Shown piece by piece: positions 1-11,684 of a stretch of DNA of 64,000 nt. How positions within the stretch are numbered: position 1 is the stretch's first letter; each line of letters starts with the position of its first letter. Source of the stretch: Octopus bimaculoides (Eukaryota); NCBI RefSeq assembly GCF_001194135.2, contig NC_069000.1, positions 14,925,432 through 14,989,431 of the forward strand, written 5' to 3'. Made by a program: the position numbers and the translations under genes. The notes under the pieces were generated by a model. That model saw only the letters and a program-made list of their open reading frames with translations, did no database searches and was not told where the DNA came from.

Positions 1-182
1 TTTCAGTACTATTGCAGTGACTAAAGAGATGCAGTGTGGTTACTAGTATGCCTATACAAAGTTGGTAATGGGCCCAGGTCAAATATAAAATGTCAGTTGC
101 CCCACTGCCATTTCTATTGATAATAGACCCAGGTTGGATGTATCCTGTAAGCTCCCATTTCAAACTACTCAATATTTTAGTA

Positions 183-300
183 ATATTAATCTGGCCTCTA
201 TCCTTTGACCTGTCCAGTATGAAAGGCCATACAAGGAGCTTGCACTCAACTGACAAAACTCTCAGGGTCATTGAGGCACACAAGCCATCGCACGGCAATA
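183..300 (-). mobile_element. Degenerate RTE-type LINE 5' UTR remnant
   Basis: The motif ctggcc(t/c)ctatcctttgacctgtccag...gtca(t/c)tgaggcacacaa recurs at 30345-30445. It resembles, from memory, the leader of Expander/Rex3-type RTE elements. Confidence 0.4.
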
Positions 301-461
301 AAGACTGGACCTCATATCTGAATGGTCTTATTCTGTTACTCTTGCATAGTACTTCACAAGAAAATAAAACAGAGCTGGATTTCCTTAATGCTTTATTATG
401 TATAATGCAAGGTTATAATAGGGTGGCTATGATTTCATCAATGATACGGATGTGTGAAAAG

Positions 462-725
462 GTGGTAAGCTGTCAAAATTGTTAACATGCTGAGCAAAAT
501 GCTTGGCAGCATTTTGTCTGTCTTCACGTTCTGATTCTGCTGAGGTTGATTTTGCCTGTCATCCATCTTTGCATTCTGAGTTTAGATTCTGCTGAGATTG
601 ACTTTGCCTGTCATCTTTCAGGGTCAATAAAATAAGTACTAGCAGAACACTGGGGTCAATGTATTTGACTTAACCCCCTTCTCTGAAAATGCTGACCTTG
701 TGTGGAAATTTGAAATCAGTATTAC
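462..725 (+). mobile_element. Old tRNA-headed SINE, type B (gagctggcagaa head; gcctttcatcctttcggggtcgataaa body)
   Basis: Diverged match to the younger copies at 47697 and 59675. The ttctgctgaggttgattttgcctgtcatc segment is internally duplicated. Confidence 0.7.
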
Positions 726-1113
726 GGATGTACGAAATATCAAACACAGACTGTTTCCACCTCTTAACAGTGTTGAACTGAATCTCTGCATAGTACCTAT
801 TATAATAGGCACCATGGGGCGGTACTACTATTATAATTATAGCTAACTGGAATGGGATACCAGAAGTTGTGTCTTTGTCAGGGACTCAGGGCATTGTTAA
901 TACAAACCCATCAGTTTCTATTCCCCAAATCAGCTTCAGTTCTATATTTCTGCTTTAATTTCATCAACTTTTCTATGCTTTCATGGGTCAGATGAAATTT
1001 ATTGAGGTATATTTTTTTAATGGCCAGAATGCCCTTCTAGTTGCCAACTCTCACCTGTTTCCAAGCAAAGTTAATGTTTCCCATGGCCAAACATCTTTTT
1101 TTTTTTAATACAG

Positions 1114-1276
1114 TTCTATATTTAAGAGATGAGGAATTATCTACATTATTTACATTCGACGGATCGGTCGAAATTTCCCCAAGACACCTGACAAAGGCTG
1201 GAGGGTATATCAGCCGAAACGTTGTGTTAACAACAAACAAGATGAGGACAAATATCTGTTGAATGTAAAGAATGTA
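1114..1276. mobile_element. Hammerhead-bearing non-coding repeat, family 1, copy A (asymmetric inverted structure)
   Basis: Near-identical to 17520-17815. tacattatttacattcgacggat (1142-1164) is the inverted partner of atctgttgaatgtaaagaatgta (1254-1276). Confidence 0.8.
1183..1228 (+). ncRNA. Minimal type-I hammerhead ribozyme motif, probably inactivated (G8 to A)
   Basis: gacac-CTGACAA-a-ggctgg(agggtata)tcagcc-GAAA-cgt-t-gtgtt. The core reads CUGACAA instead of CUGACGA, a CpG-type transition. Confidence 0.55.
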
Positions 1277-1989
1277 ACCCACTCACAAAGCTTTGGTTAG
1301 CCCAGGACTACAGCAAAAGACATTTTCCTAATGTACTGAAATAAATAGATGTCATCAAATTTTTATGATCCCCAAAATTTTTCCAAAAGAGTTGCTTCAA
1401 AGTTNNNNNNNNNNCCCCCCCCCCGGAAAAAAAGAGAAAAAAAATCCTAAACAATATTGTGTTTGAAATTGTTATTGTGTTTCAATTTATTTTCAGAATT
1501 GTTTCTTTGTGTTTGTATGAATGATGAATGCGTTTGGGAATGTGTGTGTGTTCATGTAACAGTGTATGTATGTATGTGTGTGATTATTGCTGAACAGAAA
1601 TAGCTTTCCCCTGATAAGTTAGCTTGACAATTTCAAAAGCAAAGCTGGTTTAAATAACCTGTTTAATATAACATTTACATACACCTTGTTGCAGTTGAAC
1701 AAACATTTTCACATAAATATAGCAGTGATTATTTTGAATGAGATCAAGACAAGGAAAATATGCCCATATTACAGGGACAAGACTGAAATTAAAGTCAGAT
1801 GTATGACTAAACTTTTTTAACAATATGATTACTAATTTTAGCCATTTGAGATTTTCACAAATGAAAAATAAGCTAAAAGATAAAGACCAGGGGTATTTTC
1901 TTGAAAAAAAAACTGGCTTCTTTTTGAAGGATTTTTATGGGGTCAGTGAGTTTATCCTTACAGGTTCAGCCATATATATACTTATATAT

Positions 1990-2430
1990 ATGAGTGTGTA
2001 TAGGAAGCTTGCTTCCCAGCTCTGTGGTCTTGGGTTCAGTCCTGTTGTGTGGTCCTTAGGGCAAGTATCTTCTATTGTGGTCCTGGACCAGTCAAAAGTG
2101 AATTTGGTAGACGGAAACTGAAATAAGCCTGTTGTGTGTGTGTGTGTGTGTGTGTGCGCGTGTGTGTGTGTGTTGTGTGTGTGTGTGTGTGTGTGTGCAT
2201 ACCTGTGTCTTTGTGTCTATGTTGTTTGTCTTCTGCCACCATTTGACAGCTGGTGTTGGTTTGTCTATGTTTCCATAACTTAGTGGTTTGGCAAAGGAGA
2301 CCAATAAAATAAGTACCAGGCTTAAAAAATAAGTACATAAATACTAGTGTTGATTTGTTCAACTAAACCCTTCAAGGCAGTGCCCCAGCATGGCCACAGT
2401 GCAATGACTGAAATAAGTAAAAGATAAAAC
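1990..2430 (+). mobile_element. tRNA-headed CORE-type SINE, type A (octopus OR-like), older copy
   Basis: B-box-like gggttcagtcc, ccttagggcaagtatcttct core, internal (TG)n, tail ...tgactgaaataagtaaaaga. Homologous to 37577-37977. Confidence 0.75.
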
Positions 2431-2439
2431 ATAAAACAT

Positions 2440-3075
2440 GCATACAAAGAGGTCCGCTGCCATGTGGATGTGAACACCTCCAGCAAAATCATTGAGAACA
2501 AGAGCACTCAGAGAGTGCAAACCTCTTCCAAGGCAACACCAGGGTTCTCTCAATGATTAGCCAGAGATGATTTTTAAAATGAGAATGTCTGAAATAAACT
2601 TGACTGCTCTCACAAATGAGAATACTAAAAATGAACCCAACCGCTCTCAAAAATTAAGTAAAAAAATCAGGAAAAATAATCCAGAATCCTTGTCCAGTAC
2701 CGGATCAATCCCAAAATCTAATCAGTTTGTGCCAGTCACTAGGCCAAACATCCCTGAAAGTTTCATCCGAATCCATCTTGTGGTTTTTGAGATATCTTGT
2801 CCATGGACAAACAAACAAGACTAAACAATACCTCTGCCTTTGCTAAGGCGGAGGTAAAAATATTTATGGACAACTGTACTGAAACCTGCAGCTTGTCTAC
2901 TCTGATTATGAATTCATATTTATATCAATAATTATTGGCAACCTTGGTTATCTCAGTAAATATCAAAGTGACAATGTGAATAAACTAGGATTTTCAAATC
3001 AAGAAAGAGACCAGCTAACACATACACTTTACAAATACAATCTGTAGGCAAAACAGTAAAAACATTTTATGACCA
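2440..3075 (+). mobile_element. Degenerate restriction-like-endonuclease LINE (R4/NeSL-like) C-terminal remnant, split by the 2497-2857 insertion
   Basis: Joining the flanks reads EVRCHVDVNTSSKIIE/KNIYGQLY*NLQLVYSDYEFIFISIIIGNLGYLSK...KLGFSNQE, then LQIQSVGKTVKTF after a frameshift. This matches the E-x-S-C-P...K-x-x-Y...PIIIGALG pattern of RLE LINE C-termini. Confidence 0.55.
2497..2857 (+). mobile_element. Non-autonomous Helentron-like (HINE/DINE-1-like) element
   Basis: 5' subterminal acctcttcc (2521-2529), 3' hairpin acctctgcc-tttgctaa-ggcggaggt (2830-2855), (ACAA)n just before the 3' end, no coding capacity. Confidence 0.55.
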
Positions 3076-3114
3076 ATCTGTCTTTTCATTATGCCCTCCT
3101 CTACTTTCTAAAAA

Positions 3115-3385
3115 TAATAGGGTGTGATTTGAGGCATATTTGGTTGTTATTTCTAGCAGAGATAGCAACCATGTAGAGGTTCCTTTACTGGTTTGGTTGT
3201 TTAATCCCAAGTCAGCCCTGTTTGATCAAAGGCATTCCAACCATGACCTTTCTGTCTTCTTCTTATTCACAGGAAGTCCAGGACCATATTATCCAATGTG
3301 TTCTCTATGACAGTGTGGGTTTGATTTAAGGAAAATTTGGTCGCTATTTTTAGAAAGTAAAACAACCACATAGAGGAACCCTCAG
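3115..3385 (-). mobile_element. Dispersed repeat family with ctagaaatagcagccaaat motif and (AAC)n tail; two adjacent partial copies
   Basis: The same motif occurs at 7030-7500, 23530-23800, 24090-24150, 36650-36770, 49700-49760 and 55700-55800. Confidence 0.55.
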
Positions 3386-4323
3386 TTCACAGTCTAATCT
3401 GTGTTTCCTTTATGTGTTTCCTGTTTCTAGTTCTAGAAGCTACCTTTTATGGAAATAACCAATGAGAAGATTGAAAGTTGACATAGTTTATACAAAATTT
3501 TTTAAATGGACCAGTTTTTCACTGCACGTATATATTTCAGTATGTAACTGACCAAATTTAGTGCAGTAACTTTTTTTTTCTTTTTTTTCTACATGAGTAA
3601 TTTATTGACTAGCAGTGGTAATTGGCACAGTAAGCTACTGACTGGTTCCCCGTCATCAGATTGCTGAAGATAAGGCAGTGCCAAGCTAAGGCTGGTACTT
3701 AGGCAGGTGACTGTTAGTTAGGTGGCAGTGTGAGTGGCCATCCATCTAAATAGAAGTCAAGTGTTTTTGCAATCCGAAATGATATTGGCAGGGCCAGGGT
3801 GAAGTTTGTATCAGAATTTCTTTGAAAGAAAAAAAAAATATATATATATAAATAAATAAAATAAAAAAAAAATTTATCAAAGCAAAGAAAATTACTCTTG
3901 TGTTTAGAGAGATATTGGTGAAGCATTCAGAATTGGTTTTCAATTATAGCTTTAATCGCAAAAAGAGAAAAATATGTTATTGATGAGAATCCATCAGGAT
4001 TATTTTGGTAATGTCATCAATAGAGCTGATTGCTTGTTGATGGATGGCTTTTTATCATATAAAAGTCAAGTAATTGGTTCTGTTATACAAATTTAAATAA
4101 AAGGATCTCCATTAGTTTTGACAGTGAGTATTGAGTTGTCCAATCAATTGAATTACTTGCTCATTGGTTTATCACATAAATGTTTGAGTATTTCACAGAC
4201 ACCTCAACCCTTAATGTAATCCTTGGGCAGAATCAGTTTGACAGTGTATGTGTGTGTGGTGGTGCTATAGCATTGAATTACTTGTATAATCCATCCAGTA
4301 GATTTCTGTACATTTTCCTTCAG

Positions 4324-4437
4324 CACTAAGTTTCACTCACAAGGACCTCTTGATCATGAGAATGCATTCATTCCTCCAAGAAGCAAAATAGTTAATACTC
4401 CCACCGTTTCAGATGTTTACTGGAGTAAAGAACAAAG
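4324..4437 (+). CDS. Candidate internal exon (TKFHSQGPLDHENAFIPPRSKIVNTPTVSDVYWSKEQ), unidentified
   Basis: Acceptor ttttccttcag, donor ag/gtaaca, one open frame. The acceptor overlaps SINE-like sequence and no homologue was recognised. Confidence 0.2.
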
Positions 4438-4878
4438 GTAACACAGTAATAATAATAGTAATAAACTTGATTTTGATATCCACCTGAATGTATGGCTTGA
4501 AGCAAACTTAAAGCATCTTTACAGAATCATCAATCCAGCAGCTTGTGGTATTGGCTGGTATTATTCCAGTGCTGAGCTGGAAGTTTTGTGTGTTCCTTCT
4601 ATTATCTTCATATTCCTTTAGTACTGTGTGGATCACCGCACTTTCTATTGCATCTAATGCCATGATGTTAACAAGCCAGGAGATAGATCCCTATTCCCCA
4701 ACACCGGAACTTTCATTATCTGATGACCCTTTGACCAACTGCCCTTAACAACTTTCCATCTCCAAGAGATAAAGAGTTAAATTTGTCTTTGTATTGGGTT
4801 TGATGAGCTGTCCACAAAGCTGCGGCTTTTGTGGATGCAAAACCATTGGTCACTCTATGGCCAGATTTAAACTTTATT

Positions 4879-4884
<6 letters not shown>

Positions 4885-4923
<39 letters not shown>

Positions 4924-5324
4924 TTGCAAGATTTTTTATGTGAAATCGTGTGTTGAAACAGATGTTGTTGTACTTGGGGNNNNNNNNNNNNNNNNNNNNN
5001 NNNNNNNNNNNNNNNNNNNNNNNNNNNNNNNNNNNNNNNNNNNNNNNNNNNNNNNNNNNNNNNNNNNNNNNNNNNNNNNNNNNNNNNNNNNNNNNNNNNN
5101 NNNNNNNNNNNNNNNNNNNNNNNNNNNNNNNNNNNNNNNNNNNNNNNNNNNNNNNNNNNNNNNNNNNNNNNNNNNNNNNNNNNNNNNNNNNNNNNNNNNN
5201 NNNNNNNNNNNNNNNNNNNNNNNNNNNNNNNNNNNNNNNNNNNNTATTAATACAAATGTATCAATTTCCAGCAAAAAATAGCCCTATAAGTAAATATCGG
5301 TACCTTGTTGTATCACTCTTATGA

Positions 5325-5360
<36 letters not shown>

Positions 5361-5551
5361 TATTTGGATTTGGTTTGCAAGATTTTTTATGTGATTTTGT
5401 GTGTTGAAGCATATTCTATTGTGTCTGGGGAGAGTCATTTTCTTATTGTGCCTTAAAATTTAACACACTCACCGGTAAAATTTCCACTTATTTCTTATTT
5501 TTATTTTCCTAAAATTTTCATTGCGTCTTGCAACCTTTTCAATAGTCTTGA
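4885..5551 (-). mobile_element. Hammerhead-like repeat, family 2: two tandem units, each ending in (TA)n, partly in a gap
   Basis: 4919-4979 repeats 5368-5430 (tttgcaagattttttatgtga...tgggg). 5420-5551 is the reverse complement of 26079-26215. Confidence 0.7.
5509..5545 (-). ncRNA. Hammerhead-like motif with U3-A8 core (family 2)
   Basis: Minus strand reads cta-TTGAAAA-g-gttgc(aagac)gcaat-GAAA-att-t-tag, in the same register as family 1. Helix I is only 3 bp. Confidence 0.4.
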
Positions 5552-6162
5552 AAAAACTATGACATTACTTGGTAAACTAATGTTTATTTCATAAAAATCT
5601 GTCCACTTCTCCCCATAAACCAGAGTCTTTTGATTTTTGTACAAGAGCACTTGAAGTGTTTATACTAGGTCAGTTGGACTATTTAAAATACCACACTGAC
5701 CACCATTCCTGTTATGCAACTATTGGCTATCCACATAACATTAACTTCTATGCTTTAGTCCTTTTTATACATACATCTTATTCTCACTAAAAGCAAAAAT
5801 AACTAAATAACTCAGAGCAGACATAGTTATCTGGTTAAGAAGTTTGGTTCGTGTCTTACATAGTTTTCCTTGTTTGATCTTTCTGCATAGTGTTTTGGGG
5901 CAAGTATTTTTCTACCTTAGCCTTAGACTAACTAAAACCTATCAAAAAAAATTTGATGGGCAGAAACTGTATTGAAACCTGTTGTGAGTGTATAATATAC
6001 GTTTGTCTAACCCATACTAGCATAGAATTTTGGATGTAAAAATGAACAACCCAATAAAAAGGAAATTAATTTGATTGCTATAGAATTGCTATAGAAAGTA
6101 ATTTTTTTTTCTCTCAGCTGTGGTGTATAATTTAAATCTACCAAACCAAACAACATGCAAAC

Positions 6163-6272
6163 CTGTTTGTAGTAGTCCTCTATCAGTTTAGTGTTTATTA
6201 TATTAATCTCCTCCAATGTGGCTTGATTAATGGCCAAGCACCCCTTCCTCCTTCTTTTGTTTTCTTCTGTTC
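6163..6272 (-). CDS. Candidate internal exon (TEENKRRRKGCLAINQATLEEINIINTKLIEDYYKQ), unidentified
   Basis: Acceptor ttcttttcacaattaaag, donor cag/gtttgc, 110 nt open. Phase-compatible with the candidate at 13217-13293. Confidence 0.3.
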
Positions 6273-6639
6273 CTTTAATTGTGAAAAGAAACATATCTAG
6301 GTTATGAGATTCTAGAAAGGTCCCATTCACCTCCACCCACCAACATTCCTCACCGCCCCAAGATGTGGAGGAATGTTTTATCACTGTTGTCATCATCACC
6401 ATCATGATCGTAATCCTAGCTCAGCGATGTGGTTAACAGGTTCATTTTTGCAATCACATGGTTCCAGTTTCAAATGCTGTGTATGTGTGTGTGGAGAAAG
6501 GCACATAAGGTGAACATTTTCCACCCTATAGGACTTTGGTTGGCCCCTGATAGATGGAATTTGTGCAGATGCCCATTGTATGGAGTGTACCATTTCTTAG
6601 ACAGTAGACTTCATCGTGGCCTATTGTTTAAGGTATTCT

Positions 6640-6930
6640 TCTCATGCCCCTAAGGTCATGAGTTCAATTTCCAGCAACGTGTTTTGTCCTTGAGCAAGAC
6701 ACTTTATTTCACACAGCTCCAGTTCACACAGCTGGTAGAAGTGAGAGAGTAGTACCTGTATTTCAAAGCATCAACCATGTCACATTCTGTGTCATGCTGA
6801 CTCTTCCTGAGAACTATGTTAGGAGTATATATTTATCTGTGGAATACTCAGCCACTTGTACATTAATTTCATGAACAGGCTGTTTTGTTGATCAGATCAA
6901 CTGGAACACTTGTAACCAATGGAGTGCCAG
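6640..6930 (+). mobile_element. Old CORE-type SINE carrying the type-C 3' tail
   Basis: ccttgagcaagacactttatttcac core followed by a diverged match to 50255-50430. Confidence 0.6.
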
Positions 6931-7133
6931 TTCGACTTTGTTTGGTACTGAGTTTAAAAAATCACCACCTGCCCTTAAATGCATTCTACAGAATCCACTC
7001 CGTTAGAAACATTTGACAAAGTTTCAGACCTGGGAGAGCATCTACATGGCTGCTCAACTTTGCTAGAAATAACAGCCAAATTTTCTTCCATATTGCACCC
7101 CACTGCCTTAAATAAGGAAAGGACACATTAGAT

Positions 7134-7378
7134 GAGTGGTTCTCAACCATTTTTCACTTATGGACCCCTTTGATTCCCATTTTAATCAGATGGACCCTTA
7201 TAGCCATTCAATGTTTAAAAAATGCTTTTATAATTAAATATTATTGGGAATTGTATAAAAATTGTTTGAATATTTTGTGTATCATAGAAGTGTAACCAAT
7301 TTATTGCACATTATTTTATAACAGCGAAATCTTATATATGACCCTAAGAGTCATATGGAACCTGATTGAGAGCCATTG
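7134..7378. mobile_element. hAT-superfamily MITE
   Basis: Imperfect TIRs gagtggttctcaa / ttgagagccattg and an exact 8-bp TSD cattagat (7126-7133, 7379-7386). It interrupts an (AAC)-tail family copy. Confidence 0.85.
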
Positions 7379-7928
7379 CATTAGATGCTCTGGTTCCTAC
7401 AAAAAAAAGCAAGATAGGCAAGATAGTCAATGCAAGATAGTCACAGCAGGAATAACTCTGATCAGGCATGGTGTCCCAGATGAGAGTTGAGCTAGGGCTA
7501 AACTTCAGCTTAGTGAAGTGAGTGTTGAGTGTTTTAATTGTGGGACCAAACTTCTCAGCCTTGTAACATTTTCCATCTCATAGCACGATAATGGTTTGAA
7601 AAGTTGAGAACAAAGGCGAAGGCCAAGACAGGTATCTTAATTATGTGCAATCATTACCTGTCATTTAAAAGTCACACACTTCATTGTCAATGACAATAAA
7701 CTAGATTCAACTGAGAACAACCAGGTGTATTTATCACATACATTAATTAACACTTGCTGGTTCAAATCACTCAGTATTGAAAATTACAACACAACAGATG
7801 TGTTTTCCTACACTTAGACACACTCTCTCCCTCTATTCTGTCTCAGACAGCTTAGTAATGAGCCAGATGTGTTTTCCTAGACACAGGACTTCTTCGTTTT
7901 CGGTCACTGTTTTATATTTAATCTGTGT

Positions 7929-7968
<40 letters not shown>

Positions 7969-9084
7969 NNNNNNNNNNNNNNNNNNNNNNNNNNNNNNNN
8001 NNNNNNNNNNNNNNNNNNNNNNNNNNNNNNNNNNNNNNNNNNNNNNNNNNNNNNNNNNNNNNNNNNNNNNNNNNNNNNNNNNNNNNNNNNNNNNNNNNNN
8101 NNNNNNNNNNNNNNNNNNNNNNNNNNNNNNNNNNNNNNNNNNNNNNNNNNNNNNNNNNNNNNNNNNNNNNNNNNNNNNNNNNNNNNNNNNNNNNNNNNNN
8201 NNNNNNNNNNNNNNNNNNNNNNNNNNNNNNNNNNNNNNNNNNNNNNNNNNNNNNNNNNNNNNNNNNNNNNNNNNNNNNNNNNNNNNNNNNNNNNNNNNNN
8301 NNNNNNNNNNNNNNNNNNNNNNNNNNNNNNNNNNNNNNNNNNNNNNNNNNNNNNNNNNNNNNNNNNNNNNNNNNNNNNNNNNNNNNNNNNNNNNNNNNNN
8401 NNNNNNNNNNNNNNNNNNNNNNNNNNNNNNNNNNNNNNNNNNNNNNNNNNNNNNNNNNNNNNNNNNNNNNNNNNNNNNNNNNNNNNNNNNNNNNNNNNNN
8501 NNNNNNNNNNNNNNNNNNNNNNNNNNNNNNNNNNNNNNNNNNNNNNNNNNNNNNNNNNNNNNNNNNNNNNNNNNNNNNNNNNNNNNNNNNNNNNNNNNNN
8601 NNNNNNNNNNNNNNNNNNNNNNNNNNNNNNNNNNNNNNNNNNNNNNNNNNNNNNNNNNNNNNNNNNNNNNNNNNNNNNNNNNNNNNNNNNNNNNNNNNNN
8701 NNNNNNNNNNNNNNNNNNNNNNNNNNNNNNNNNNNNNNNNNNNNNNNNNNNNNNNNNNNNNNNNNNNNNNNNNNNNNNNNNNNNNNNNNNNNNNNNNNNN
8801 NNNNNNNNNNNNNNNNNNNNNNNNNNNNNNNNNNNNNNNNNNNNNNNNNNNNNNNNNNNNNNNNNNNNNNNNNNNNNNNNNNNNNNNNNNNNNNNNNTCT
8901 ATATGGAGAATATCTGTCTCTCATCTATAAAGTATATATCTATATATACAAGTATTATATAATTATAAACATAATTATAGAATATTTGTATAATTTTACC
9001 TATAAAGGTTATTTTAACGTACCGATCTACTTGGTAAAATTATTGATTGATTAATTAATTAATTTAATTGATTAATTTTACCCT

Positions 9085-9119
<35 letters not shown>

Positions 9120-9121
<2 letters not shown>

Positions 9122-9330
9122 CCCTATATAACAGCTGGATGCCCTTCCTAACACCAACCACTCTGAGAGAAATGGGTGCTTTTGCATACCACTGGTATGG
9201 GTGTCAGTTGCATGACACCAGTATTTGGGCTTGATGGGTTTTCTTCTCAAGCTCAGTATATTGCCAAAAGTCTTGGTCATTTGTTATTGCCTCTGTGAAG
9301 CCCAATGTGTGAAAGATGCTAGTTATGCGA
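9120..9330 (-). mobile_element. Diverged RTE LINE 3' tail fragment
   Basis: ctggatgcccttcctaacaccaaccactctgag is the reverse complement of the tail at 21715-21750. Confidence 0.6.
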
Positions 9331-9974
9331 CACCAGCATTGCCTCTGTGAGGCCTGGTTTTCATCAGAAACCTGTGTAAGCTGTTTGTTGTTTGATAGAT
9401 ACCATCTTGTGTGGAAACAATGTAGGGGTTAGTGTCAGGAAGGGATTCTGGCTTTAAAACACTTTGCTCCCAATGTACTCTAATCTGATCCATGCAAACA
9501 TAGAAAAGTAGATGTTAAAACAATGATTTTGATGATGAACATACTGTCTCTGTTTAACTGAAGACATAAAAGAACCAATCACCACCATATTATAATTATG
9601 TTAACAATTAATATTTATTATATTAATAATCATTAATATTTTATAATTAAATTCAAATGTTGGAATAATGGTTTTATGCGCAGTAACAACTTCTTTCTTA
9701 GGCCTAATTGCTTTCCACATGGAAGTACCAGTAGTATGCTGGACTTGATTTAATCAAGTATACTCTTTGCCGACAACGATTGGCCTACTACCTAGTTAAA
9801 ACAAAAGTATTCTGAGTTCTTGGTTCAAATATCACTAGAGTCAACTTTGTTTCCTCCACATAAGGTAAAAAAACCAGATATAATTAGGTGGTTATAATCA
9901 GCTATACACTCACTCCAAAATCTCTGGCTTTGAACCTATTTTAGTAATCAATAATCATTATTTATGGTTCATTA

Positions 9975-10260
9975 GTGAAGGTATATGGCCTTGTGGTTAA
10001 TATCTTCATCTCATAATCTTAAGATTGTGGGTTCAAGTCCCAGACTAAGCATCAAGTTGGGTCTTTGTGCATGACACTTCATTTCACATCACTCCTGTTT
10101 GCTCAGCTGAAATGAGCACCAGCCGAGCGCTGGTGCAGGTCTTTCTTTCTACAGCTGTCACATCCTTGATCTTCCATTGGTTCAAGGATGAGAGGGTCAA
10201 GAGGGTCTCTATATCACGACTACAAAGGCACTTAAAAGGCACTTAAAATAAGCAAAAGCA
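9975..10260 (+). mobile_element. Old tRNA-headed CORE-type SINE with a distinct tail
   Basis: A-box-like tggccttgtggtt, B-box gggttcaagtccc, then a core-like tttgtgcatgacacttcatttcac. Confidence 0.5.
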
Positions 10261-10509
10261 GGCACATGCTGCCAGTTCCTTTTCTCTTGCTATGGGTTTT
10301 CTTTGTGGTTTTGGTTCAGTAATCTCACTAAGTATTGTTACCATTAAATTATTCAATACTGGTGGTAAGTTGGCAGACTTGTTACACTGCTGGGGAAAAA
10401 TGCTTTGTGGTTTTTCTTCTGACTTGTTACAGTGAATTCAGATTCTGCCAAAGTTGACTTTTCCTTTCATTCTTTCAGCATCGATGAAATAAAGTACCAT
10501 TTTAGTTAG

Positions 10510-11270
10510 CTCTTCCTTGATTTGATGGGTGGTGGTGGTGCATGGCTGTTCTCAGTTGGTGGAGCAACCTGTCTGGTTGTTTCTGATGACAAATGAGTCT
10601 CTGGATTGCTAACTAGTGCATAGATTAGTGTTTTTCTGTTGACATGGTTGTGCTGAAGCCATCAATGGTAGCTCCATGTGTAACCTGGGCTTGCTATTAC
10701 CACAGCTCTCCTTTGAGTGTAGCATTGCAGCGATGTCCAGCTGCCCTCACTGGTGATCATGGCATGGCTGCAACATCAGTTGTGGAGCAGTAGCAGTAAT
10801 CCAGTTGACTCAGCCTGTGCAAACTTGGCAGTGGTACATCACATCCAGGTCAATCAGTTGACAAATGCAGCACTTCTCAGAGGGACAGGTGGAAGAAAAC
10901 TGCACAAGGTGAAGCAGTAACAGGTTTGTGATGCCCTTTGATGTCCAGGGCCACATGCATGCTACATAGGAGGTATCAGTGGGTGCATTTCCCCTGACCC
11001 AAGAGACTCAGGAATCCTTTGAACCTGATAATCGATTTTTGGAATTTGGACCTGGAATGAACCCTGTGAATGAGGAATTCCAAGTAGGTGTGGGTCATCA
11101 GCCCACATCGACCATGCCCCTGCCCTTTGTACACATCACCTGTTGCTACTACCAATCACATGATCTGGAGAAGTCCTCAGATTTGGCCAATGTGTCTGCA
11201 TTCAGGTGGCAGCATTCTGTGTTATCATCGGTGTGTTTGCTGATGGCTGAGAGATGACCAAACCCAATCG
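10510..11270 (-). mobile_element. Probable degenerate Ty3/Gypsy integrase C-terminal remnant
   Basis: GC-elevated block. Frame-hopping translation gives PDHVI.., PHSQG/GFI..QVQ, D.SYVA..., SP..., RAVVIASPG..SY..DG..VNRKTL, collinear with the Gypsy integrase pattern SDNG / YPQSNG..ER.VQT / YLALL..R.TP / SY.V..RRNR. Many stops. Confidence 0.4.
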
Positions 11271-11432
11271 GTTATAGGAAGTAAAATTTGCAACAAGGTT
11301 GATGTTATTGACGAATAACAACCTTCTAAAGTTGCTGGCCTGTGCCAAAATTTGAAGCCATTGTATTCGTCAACGAGTATTCCATTTCATTAACTTGGTT
11401 TCATTTCTTTGCTAGTATCATATACAAAAGAA

Positions 11433-11684
11433 CAGTGATGGTCAACCTTTTAAACTGGCATGTTGAAATGTTGGTTCTTTAATAATCCTGTTATTGTAGT
11501 GTCACTTGCATGTCTACATGTATTTCTCCAGCTAGGTAAATGCTTATGGATAAACTTTTAGTAACATGATATTGTTGGAAGTTTTTTTTTTTTGCTTGTC
11601 TATCAGAGTCCATTACATGACAACCTAAAATACCCCAGTGGCATGTCACTGCTGACATGCATGCCATAGGTTCTGCTATCACTG
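11433..11684. mobile_element. hAT-like MITE (degenerate)
   Basis: Termini cagtgatggtcaacct / aggttctgctatcactg. No TSD is visible. Confidence 0.5.

Noticed and set aside
4342-4418. Minus-strand segment with a strong acceptor (ttctttactccag) and donor (gtgagt)
   Set aside because: All three frames contain stops and the donor lies in SINE-like sequence.
4719-4727. Other CTGATGA occurrences (about 3645 minus, 4720, 10583, 11095 minus, 24285, 42935 minus, 60120)
   Set aside because: None is followed by a helix II and GAAA, so they are not hammerheads.
7583-7630. Exon-like WFEKLRTKAKAKT with an AG/GT frame
   Set aside because: An in-frame TAA lies immediately after the acceptor and the other frames are also closed.
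7777-9054. Long ORFs containing X runs (also 4919-5324, 17814-18516, 45230-46072, 55931-58191, 62571-63210)
   Set aside because: They are open only because N gaps contain no stops.
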